A model generated the notes under the pieces. That model was not told where the DNA came from. It saw only the letters and a program-made list of their open reading frames with translations, and did not search any database. Source: Angustibacter luteus (lineage in GTDB: Bacteria; Actinomycetota; Actinomycetes; Actinomycetales; Angustibacteraceae). From it: 64,000 nt of DNA. Position 1 is the stretch's first letter, and the number at the start of each line of letters is the position of its first letter. The translations under genes were made by a program, and so were the position numbers. The stretch spans positions 744,001 through 808,000 of the forward strand of contig NZ_BAABFP010000005.1 in NCBI RefSeq assembly GCF_039541115.1, written 5' to 3'. Below, piece after piece: positions 54,775 to 64,000 of the stretch.

Positions 54775-55671
54775 TCAGGGCCTGACCTGGGCGGAGTACC
54801 GGTCCCGGCATCCGGTGGCGCAGAAGTAGTGGTCCCCGTCGCCGTCGTGCAGGTGGATGGCGTCGGCCCCGACCACGACGGTCATCCCGCACACCGGGTC
54901 GATGGCGACGTCGGCGACGGGGGCGGGGATCGGGTCGGCGGCGCCCACACCGTCCACCCGGACCGCGCGGACCACGTCGGCCAGGATCGACAGCGCGATC
55001 TCCTCGGCGGTGCGCGCCCCGATGTCCAGCCCGACCGGGGTCCGGACCCGGGCGCGCTCGGCGTCGGACAGCCCCATCTCGTCGAGGACCGCTGCCCCCC
55101 GGCGCCGGCTGGCCACCAGCCCGATGAAGGGCACGCCGCCGTCGAGCGCCGAGCGGATCGCCTCGACCTCACCACTGCCATGCGAGGCGACGACGACCGC
55201 CGTCGCCCCTGGGGTAGAGGTGGTGGAGGCGCCGGTCGGCGCCGTTCGGCCGACGAAGCCGAGCTGCGCGGTCAGCGCCAACAGCGCCGTGGTGATCGGG
55301 GTGTCCCCCACCACGCAGACCAGGGGCGCGGGCAGCTGCGGCTCCAGGAAGATCTCGAGCGCGCCGCCGGACAGGCACGGGTTCACCACCACCCGGGCGC
55401 TCGGCGAGTCCGGGAAGTGCTCGGCGTCGTCGGGCAGGACGCGCAGCAGCACGGGGTCGCCGTCCGCCAGCGCCTGCAGGGCCGCGGTGCGCACCGAGCC
55501 CTGGGCGCAGTGCCCGCCGACGAACCCCTCGATGGTGCCGTCCGCGTGGACGACCGCGTCGTCCCCGGGGCGGGCCGACGTCGGCTCCTGGGCGCGCACG
55601 ACGGTCGCGTGCACGAACGGCACCCGCGCCGAGGTGAGCTCGGCGACACGAGCGCTCATCCGATGCGTCAC
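54775..55671 (-). CDS. coxF: XdhC/CoxF family protein with C-terminal YHS domain
   Basis: GFVGGHC, NPCLSGG, PVGLDIGA, EIALSILA; DPVCGM...YFCATGC. Confidence 0.82.
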   Translation of the reverse strand: MTHRMSARVAELTSARVPFVHATVVRAQEPTSARPGDDAVVHADGTIEGFVGGHCAQGSVRTAALQALADGDPVLLRVLPDDAEHFPDSPSARVVVNPCLSGGALEIFLEPQLPAPLVCVVGDTPITTALLALTAQLGFVGRTAPTGASTTSTPGATAVVVASHGSGEVEAIRSALDGGVPFIGLVASRRRGAAVLDEMGLSDAERARVRTPVGLDIGARTAEEIALSILADVVRAVRVDGVGAADPIPAPVADVAIDPVCGMTVVVGADAIHLHDGDGDHYFCATGCRDRYSAQVRP

Positions 55672-55677
55672 GTCACC

Positions 55678-58067
<2,390 letters not shown>

Positions 58068-58071
<4 letters not shown>

Positions 58072-58655
58072 GACTCGCTCCCGGCGCCGACGGTCTGCGG
58101 GGTCTCGCTGCCACCGGAGGGGTCGGCCTCTTCCAGGACCCGTTCGACGACCTCGTCGCCGGTGAGGGCGCCGGAGGCGGCGGCAGCCGCTGCGGCTCGT
58201 TCGTGGTCGGCGGCCCAGTGGATGGAGCGCACGATGGTCGCGTAGCCGGTGCAGCGGCAGATCTGACCGGAGATGGCCTCGCGGATCTCGCCGTCGGTGG
58301 GGTCGGGGTTGCGGTCGAGCAGGGCGCGGGCGGTCATCATCATGCCGGGGGTGCAGAAGCCGCACTGCAGTCCGTGGCAGTTCATGAAGCCCTGCTGCAC
58401 CGGGTCCAGCTCGGTGCCCTTCTCGAGCCCCTCGACGGTGCGGACCTCGTGTCCGCCGGCCATCGCGGCCAGCACGGTGCAGGACTTGACCGGCTCGTCG
58501 TCCAGCCAGACGACGCAGGTGCCGCAGTTGCTGGTGTCGCAGCCCCAGTGGGTGCCGGTCAGGCCGAGGTGGTCGCGCAGGTAGTGCACGAGGAGCAGGC
58601 GCCCCTCGATCTCGCTGGTGACCTCGTCGCCGTTGACGCTCATCGTGACCTGCAT
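58068..58655 (-). CDS. coxS: CO dehydrogenase small (2Fe-2S) subunit
   Basis: GCDTSNCGTC, QCGFCTPG, CRCTGY. Confidence 0.93.
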
Positions 58656-58657
58656 GC

Positions 58658-59536
58658 TCAGGACTCCTCACCGGTGGCGCGGGCGACGGCGCGGCGCAGG
58701 GCCCGTCGGGTCAGCTCGTCGGCGAGATGACGCTTGTACTCGACGCTGCCGCGTCCGTCCGCCGTCGGCCGGCAGCTCTGCGCGGCGATGGCACCGGCGC
58801 TGGCGTAGGCCTCCTCGCTGGGGACCTGGCCGCGCAGGGCCTGCGAGACGGCTGCGATGCCGGTGGTGTTGGGCCCGACGGCGGCCAGTCCGACCCGGGC
58901 GTCGCTGATCACGCCGCCGTCCAGCCAGACGGCCGCGCCGGCGGAGACCACGGCCCAGTCCCCGGCCCGGCGCTCGACCTTCTCGTAGGCGCTGGAGCCG
59001 CCCGGGCGGATCGGTAGCCGGACCTCGACGAGCATCTCGTCGTCCGCCACGGCGGTCTCGTAGGGGCCGCGGTGGAACTCGTCCATCGTGACCACCCGCT
59101 CCCCGGAGCTGCTGCGGATCACGCACTCGGCGGCCAGCGTGGTGCAGACCGCCGACAGGTCCTCGGACGGGTCCGCCTGGCACAGCGAGCCACCGAGCGT
59201 CCCGCGGTTGCGGACGATCGGGTCGGCGATCACCCGCTCCGCGTCGCGGACGATCGGGAAGTGCGCCGCGAGGTCGTCCGACTCGAGGAGCTCGCGGTGC
59301 CGGGCCATCGCACCGATCCTGATCCGGGTCGGCTCGACCGTGATGTAGCCGAGCTCGTCGTGCAGGTCGTTGATGTCGATCAGGTACTCGAGGTTGGCCA
59401 GCCGCAGCTTCATCATCGGCAGCAGGCTGTGCCCACCGGCGACGAGCCGGGATCCGCTGCCGAGCCGTTCCAGCAGTCCGATCGCGTGGTCGACGCTGGT
59501 GGCGCGCTCGTAGTCGAAGGGGGCGGGAACCTGCAT
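58658..59536 (-). CDS. coxM: CO dehydrogenase medium (FAD) subunit
   Basis: AGGHSLLPMMKLR, RNRGTLGGS; GAGGAG RBS. Confidence 0.93.
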   Translation of the reverse strand: MQVPAPFDYERATSVDHAIGLLERLGSGSRLVAGGHSLLPMMKLRLANLEYLIDINDLHDELGYITVEPTRIRIGAMARHRELLESDDLAAHFPIVRDAERVIADPIVRNRGTLGGSLCQADPSEDLSAVCTTLAAECVIRSSSGERVVTMDEFHRGPYETAVADDEMLVEVRLPIRPGGSSAYEKVERRAGDWAVVSAGAAVWLDGGVISDARVGLAAVGPNTTGIAAVSQALRGQVPSEEAYASAGAIAAQSCRPTADGRGSVEYKRHLADELTRRALRRAVARATGEES

Positions 59537-59609
59537 GGCGGTGCTCCTCGCTGCCGGAGGGCGTCATCGACCTCGACGTGGCCGAAGTATGCGCCCCTAC
59601 CCGACTCCG

Positions 59610-59653
59610 CTGTCAACGGTCACCTAAGCGATTACTTAGGTGGCCGTTGACAG
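59610..59653. promoter_or_regulatory. 44-bp palindrome with a CutR-type core and back-to-back TTGACA boxes
   Basis: CTGTCAACGG-T-CACCTAAG-cgatta-CTTAGGTG-G-CCGTTGACAG. Confidence 0.75.
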
Positions 59654-59707
59654 TCGGTCCTGAGGGGCCGACGCTGCCGGTCCGTACGTGCAGGCGAAGG
59701 AGCCGTC

Positions 59708-60328
59708 GTGGCGGGACCGAGGTGGCTGGATGCGGTGCTCGCTGCCGTGATGGTCTTGTCCGCCCTGGTGCACGGTGGACGGCTGCTGCGCGCGTCCCGC
59801 ACGCGGGAGACGGCGCCGGCGCGCATGGACGTCGACGTCGCGCACGTGGCGATGAGCACCGCGATGGCGACCATGCTGACGGTCGGGCTGGGCGCCGGCG
59901 CGTCGCTCGTGTGCGCTGCCGCCTTCGTCCCGTTGACCTGCTACTTCGTGGCGCGGGCGAGCCAGTCGCTGACCGCGCCACAGGCCGCGGCGCGCTCGCG
60001 CCTGGCCGGTGCCGCGGCGCCCGTGCGGCACGCGACCGGCGGGTTCGCGATGGTCTTCATGCTGGTGACGGGCGCCGGCCTGGCGGTCACGGCGGGGTCT
60101 GTGCCCTCCGGCCACGTGCACACCGCCCTCGCGGCGTCGACGTCCCTGACGTCCGCCGGTCCGGTTGCGAGCTCGTCGACGCCCGGCCCGGTGAGCGTCG
60201 TCCTGGTCGGTCTGCTGCTGGGGACGGCGCTGTGGCAGCTCGCCGGAGCCCGCCGGCCCTCGCTGCGGGAGGGCTGCCAGGTGACGATGGGCCTCACCAT
60301 GGCCTACATGCTGGTGGTCATGGCCTGA
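59708..60328 (+). CDS. DUF5134-like membrane protein
   Basis: AAGGAG RBS; HVAMSTAMATM, H..GGFAMVFM, CQVTMGLTMAYML. Confidence 0.7.
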   Translation: MAGPRWLDAVLAAVMVLSALVHGGRLLRASRTRETAPARMDVDVAHVAMSTAMATMLTVGLGAGASLVCAAAFVPLTCYFVARASQSLTAPQAAARSRLAGAAAPVRHATGGFAMVFMLVTGAGLAVTAGSVPSGHVHTALAASTSLTSAGPVASSSTPGPVSVVLVGLLLGTALWQLAGARRPSLREGCQVTMGLTMAYMLVVMA

Positions 60329-60358
60329 CGCTGTGGAGCCACTGGGTAGCGTGGCGGC

Positions 60359-61027
60359 ATGCGCATCGCCATCGCGGGAGCCCACGGTCAGATCGGTCTT
60401 CGACTCGGCAGCCTGCTGGCCGGCCGTGGCGACCTGGTGGTCGGGCTGCACCGCAAGCCGGAGCAGGAGCAGGCCCTGCGGGCCGCGGGGGTGAGTCCGT
60501 CCCTGCTGGACCTCGAGGCGACGACGGTGGACGAGCTGGGCGATGCGATCGACGGGTGCGACGCCGTGGTCTTCGCCGCCGGCGCCGGGCCGGGCAGCGG
60601 TCTGGCGCGCAAGGACACGGTCGACCGGGCGGCGGCGCTGCTGCTGGCGGACGCGGCCGAGCGGGCAGGCGTGCGCCGGTACGTCCTGGTGTCGTCCACG
60701 GGGGTTGACCGGGTCCGGGACGGCGCCACGCCCGACGGGATGGACGACGTGTTCGTCGCCTACCTGCGGGCCAAGCTGGCCGCGGAGGACGACGTGCGCG
60801 GGCGTGACCTCGACTGGACCGTCCTGCGTCCCGGCCGGCTCACCGACGAGCCAGGGACCGGGTCGGTGACGCTGTCGGACGCGGTGCAGTACGGCGACGT
60901 CCCCCGCGACGACGTCGCCGCGGTGGTCGTGGCGCTGCTTGACGAGCCGCGGTCCGCGGGACTGGTGCTTGAGCTGGTCCGCGGTGACGTGCCGATCCGG
61001 CAGGCGGTCGCGGACGCCGTCCGCTGA
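60359..61027 (+). CDS. NAD(P)H-binding atypical SDR
   Basis: AGAHGQIG, FAAGAG, YLRAK, WTVLRPG, RDDVA. Confidence 0.85.
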   Translation: MRIAIAGAHGQIGLRLGSLLAGRGDLVVGLHRKPEQEQALRAAGVSPSLLDLEATTVDELGDAIDGCDAVVFAAGAGPGSGLARKDTVDRAAALLLADAAERAGVRRYVLVSSTGVDRVRDGATPDGMDDVFVAYLRAKLAAEDDVRGRDLDWTVLRPGRLTDEPGTGSVTLSDAVQYGDVPRDDVAAVVVALLDEPRSAGLVLELVRGDVPIRQAVADAVR

Positions 61028-61030
61028 CGA

Positions 61031-61432
61031 TCAGGAGGCAGCCGCCTCCGGGACGCCGTGGTCGGCCACCCAGGCCCAGACCAGCAACGCCTCGGCCCTC
61101 CTCGAGCGACCCTCGTCGCCCGCGGTGCCACCCCGGCACGCGCAGCGGCCCTCGAGGTGGGCCAGCGACCCGACCTGCTGGCGCAGTGCGCACTCCCGGT
61201 GCTCGTAGTGCAGCTCGGCGCCGGAGGCCGTCAGGACCGGGATCGCGGTACCGCTGTCGCCGGCGACGAAGGCCTCGCCGCACCCCAGGCACTCCTGCCC
61301 GACGGGGACGTCGATCTGCAGCGCAGTGAGCAGCTGCCCCTCGTCGTCGTAGCAGTCGGCCGACCTCCACGGATCACCGAACCAGCCGTGCAGCTCCTTC
61401 CTTATCGCCAGATCGTCACCTGCAGTCTCCAT
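61031..61432 (-). CDS. Hypothetical Cys/His-rich protein
   Basis: CLGC, HREC, HLEGRCAC; start uncertain. Confidence 0.5.
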   Translation of the reverse strand: METAGDDLAIRKELHGWFGDPWRSADCYDDEGQLLTALQIDVPVGQECLGCGEAFVAGDSGTAIPVLTASGAELHYEHRECALRQQVGSLAHLEGRCACRGGTAGDEGRSRRAEALLVWAWVADHGVPEAAAS

Positions 61433-61526
61433 CGCGGTGTCATGGCTCATACCCGTCGATGCTGCCACCGTGCACGACCCCTGACCAGAGGGCAGCACCA
61501 CGTAACGTGGGAGCCGGGAGGAACTC

Positions 61527-62105
61527 ATGGCCAAGCTCATCTACTCGGCGATCGCCTCGCTGGACGGCTACGTGGCGGATGCCGACGGCGGCTTCGACTG
61601 GGCCGCCCCCGACGAGGAGGTGCACCGGTTCGTCAACGACCTCGAGCGGCCGATCGGCACCTACCTGTACGGCCGTCGGATGTACGACGTGATGGCGGTC
61701 TGGGACAACGACCCGTTCCTAGCGGGGCAGCCGGAGGTCATCCTCGACTACGCACGGATCTGGCGAGCCGCGGACAAGGTGGTCTTCTCCCGCACCCTCG
61801 ACGGCGTGACGGGCTCGCGGATCCGGATAGAACGCGACTTCGACCCGGCCGCCGTCCGCCGACTGAAGGAGTCCGCCACGGCCGACCTCAGCATCGGTGG
61901 TCCGGAGCTCGCCGGCCAGGCGCTCGGCGCCGGGCTGGTGGACGAGGTGCACCTGATCCTGTGCCCGGTCCTGGTCGGCGGCGGGAACGCCGCTCTGCCG
62001 GCTGACGTCCGACTGCCGCTGAGGCTGGTGTCATCCCAGCGGTTCGGCAGCGGCGTCGTCCACCTGCACTACGAGGTCGTGGCCGGTGGAGCCGGTCCGT
62101 CCTGA
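61527..62105 (+). CDS. Dihydrofolate reductase/RibD C-terminal family protein
   Basis: SLDGY, GRRMY, KVVFSRT, GG..LA, GLVDE; GGAGG RBS. Confidence 0.87.
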   Translation: MAKLIYSAIASLDGYVADADGGFDWAAPDEEVHRFVNDLERPIGTYLYGRRMYDVMAVWDNDPFLAGQPEVILDYARIWRAADKVVFSRTLDGVTGSRIRIERDFDPAAVRRLKESATADLSIGGPELAGQALGAGLVDEVHLILCPVLVGGGNAALPADVRLPLRLVSSQRFGSGVVHLHYEVVAGGAGPS

Positions 62106-62425
62106 GTCGCACCGTCCTTGCGGCTGAACACGAAGGCGATGAAGGCCAGGGCCGTCGCGGGCAGCAGCAGGATCCCGATCGAGAGCAGGCCGAGCAGCAT
62201 GCACAGGGTGAACAGGATGGCGGCGACGAGGATCATCCAGCTCCGGCCGGTCATCGCCCCGCCGACGCTGAGCGCGCACGCGATGACCACCGCGGCGGCG
62301 TAGCCCCACGCCACGCCGACGTCGTCCTGCTGGGAGAGCACGAGGCCGTAGACCACGAGGAAGAGCACGCCGAACACCGCGGCGACCACGGCCGGCCTCC
62401 CGGCGCGGGCGGAGGTCGGGTTCAA
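62069..62425 (-). CDS. Small membrane protein
   Basis: Several TM helices; TTG overlaps the upstream TGA; start uncertain. Confidence 0.55.
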   Translation of the reverse strand: MNPTSARAGRPAVVAAVFGVLFLVVYGLVLSQQDDVGVAWGYAAAVVIACALSVGGAMTGRSWMILVAAILFTLCMLLGLLSIGILLLPATALAFIAFVFSRKDGATQDGPAPPATTS

Positions 62426-62817
62426 GCGCGACGCTCCCCGACGGCCTTCTTGACCAGGAAGAAGGGCAGCACGAACGCGGCGATGGCACCCGCGAGCCAG
62501 ATGATCAACGCGGCCAGGATCCAGGTCGTGAGGCCGTCGATCGTGATGCCGTCCGAGATCAGCACCGTGACGATCAGCGCGACGAGCGTCGAGACGATGC
62601 CGACGCCACCACTGAAGGCAGAAGCGTTCTTCTGCACCATGTTGGTCATCATGGGCGACAGGATCGCCTGGACGAGAGCGAAGATCACGGCCACCAGGAT
62701 GTAGTCCCGCGCGTCCACGGTCAGGTCGGTCAGCAGCAGGTTGGCCACGATGATGCCGATCAGGGCCGACAGGAAGTACACCAGGATGCGGATCAGGAAT
62801 CGGATCACACGGGTCAC
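62422..62817 (-). CDS. 4-TM phage-holin-like (YvlD/DUF360-type) membrane protein
   Basis: Four hydrophobic helices, GITIDGLTTWILAALIIW; start 62817 or 62808. Confidence 0.6.
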   Translation of the reverse strand: MTRVIRFLIRILVYFLSALIGIIVANLLLTDLTVDARDYILVAVIFALVQAILSPMMTNMVQKNASAFSGGVGIVSTLVALIVTVLISDGITIDGLTTWILAALIIWLAGAIAAFVLPFFLVKKAVGERRA

Positions 62818-62862
62818 GGTAGTCCCGTTGATCACCGACGTCGATAGCGACAGGCTGGGGCG

Positions 62863-63213
62863 ATGGGCAAACCACCAGAGGACGTCGACGCGTACCTCGA
62901 GACGTTCCCCGACGACGTCCGGGATGTCCTCGGGCGGATCCGCCGGACCGCGCACGACGCGGTGCCAGGGGCGACCGAGAAGATCAGCTACGGCATACCG
63001 ACGCTGGTCCTGGACGGGCGCAGCCTCGTGCACTTCGCCGGCTGGAAGCAGCACGTCAGCCTCTACCCCGCGCCCGACGATCACGCTCTGGCGCAACGGA
63101 TCGAGCCGTACCACAACGGCAAGGGCACGCTGCGCTTCCCGCTGGACCGACCGGTCCCCTACGACCTCGTGGCGGACGTGGTGCGCGCGCTGGCCGCGTC
63201 CCGGGCGGACTAG
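62863..63213 (+). CDS. DUF1801 / iron-chaperone (YdhG-like) protein
   Basis: VDAYL, EKISYGIP, FAGWKQHVSLYP, KGTLRFPLD.P.PYDL. Confidence 0.82.
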   Translation: MGKPPEDVDAYLETFPDDVRDVLGRIRRTAHDAVPGATEKISYGIPTLVLDGRSLVHFAGWKQHVSLYPAPDDHALAQRIEPYHNGKGTLRFPLDRPVPYDLVADVVRALAASRAD

Positions 63214-63633
63214 CTAGCCCTGCGGGCGGCCGGCGATGTTGACCAGCCAGGCGACCCCGAACCGGTCCGTGCACATCCCGAAGCTGTCACCCCACGGCGC
63301 CTGCTCGAGCGGGACGGCGACCGTCCCGCCGGCCGAGAGCCCGTCCCAGTAGCGGCGCAGCTCGGCGTCGTCGTCCCCGCTGAGCGACACGGAGATCGCC
63401 GTGCCCGGGGTGTACTCCATGTGGTTCGGCGTGTCCGCAGCCATCAGGGTCAGCCCGGCCGGCGTCTCCAGCATCGAGTGCATGACCTTGTCCTGCTCGG
63501 CCGGGTCCTCGCTCGCCTGCATCTCGCCGAAGGTGCTCAGCGTGAGCTCGCCGCCGAGCACGGACTGGTAGAACTCCATGGCCTCACGGGCGTTGTCGCG
63601 GAATCCGAGGTACGGGTTCAGACGGTGGCTCAT
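63214..63633 (-). CDS. VOC family protein (PhnB-like)
   Basis: LNPYLGF..NAREAMEFY, VMHS.L, PWGDSFG..TDRFGVAW; reads on the minus strand (CAT at 63631-63633) despite the track label. Confidence 0.88.
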   Translation of the reverse strand: MSHRLNPYLGFRDNAREAMEFYQSVLGGELTLSTFGEMQASEDPAEQDKVMHSMLETPAGLTLMAADTPNHMEYTPGTAISVSLSGDDDAELRRYWDGLSAGGTVAVPLEQAPWGDSFGMCTDRFGVAWLVNIAGRPQG

Positions 63634-63663
63634 GGGCGGTCTCCTCCGGTCGACGTCGTCTCG

Positions 63664-64000
63664 CTACCTCACATCCTGCCCATCCTGGCTGCCCAGCAGA
63701 AGGGCCACGTGGTCCGGCACGTAGCGCAGCTGGTCGCGGGGCGGACGCTGGTAGCCCTCCGGCTCAGGACGCTCGGGCAGGTCGATCGGCGCCCCCTGCA
63801 CGGGCCGGTACGGAATCGTCGAGAGCAGGTGGGCGATCATGTTCAACCGTGCACTGCGCTTGTCGTCGCTCTCGACCACGAACCACGGGCTGCGCTCGGT
63901 GTCGGTGTGCTCGAACATCTCGTCCTTGGCCCGCGAGTAGTCCTCCCACCGGGTGATCGACTCGAGGTCCATCGGGGACAGCTTCCACTGCCGCAAGGGG
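63664..64000 (-). CDS. ppk2: Polyphosphate kinase 2, 3' portion (truncated by the window edge)
   Basis: PLRQWKLSPMD...WEDYSRAKD.MF..TDT...PWFVVESDDKRSARLN; minus strand in the sequence. Confidence 0.9.
   Translation of the reverse strand, partial: PLRQWKLSPMDLESITRWEDYSRAKDEMFEHTDTERSPWFVVESDDKRSARLNMIAHLLSTIPYRPVQGAPIDLPERPEPEGYQRPPRDQLRYVPDHVALLLGSQDGQDVR

Noticed and set aside
62422..62817. Prophage implied by the holin-like gene
   Set aside because: This 4-TM family is commonly chromosomal, and no phage structural or lysis genes are nearby.
63214..63996. ORF track labels 63214-63633 and 63664-63996 as + strand
   Set aside because: The given translations read from the reverse complement (CAT at 63631-63633; CTA at 63214 and 63664), so both are annotated as minus strand.

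Overview
A 64-kb window of a very high-GC actinomycete chromosome. It is densely coding, with no rRNA, CRISPR, integrase or transposase seen. Main blocks: (1) acyl-ACP desaturase and an ABC-F ATPase; (2) a split selenocysteine locus (selC tRNA-Sec, selB, selA; no selD) that encloses a tandem-repeat plus DUF4185/GH183-like protein; (3) cspA, serA and assorted enzymes and regulators; (4) a two-gene WXG100-like / WXG-fused RelA-SpoT-like (alarmone synthetase-type) locus that looks like a polymorphic toxin but has no visible immunity gene; (5) a complete ROK-regulated chito-oligosaccharide/GlcNAc uptake and catabolism operon; (6) a HelY-like helicase and a Tat-exported DUF1800/DUF1501 pair; (7) F420- and mycothiol-type enzymes; (8) a form I aerobic CO dehydrogenase cluster (coxMSL-coxF-mocA-coxD-coxE) with a CutR-like LysR regulator and a long palindromic control region; (9) the 3' end of ppk2 at the right edge. 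Many genes appear leaderless (TANNNT 6-7 nt before the start codon). All family calls come from recognising motifs by eye; no database searches were run. Two ORFs at the right edge that the track labels '+' are on the minus strand in the sequence.
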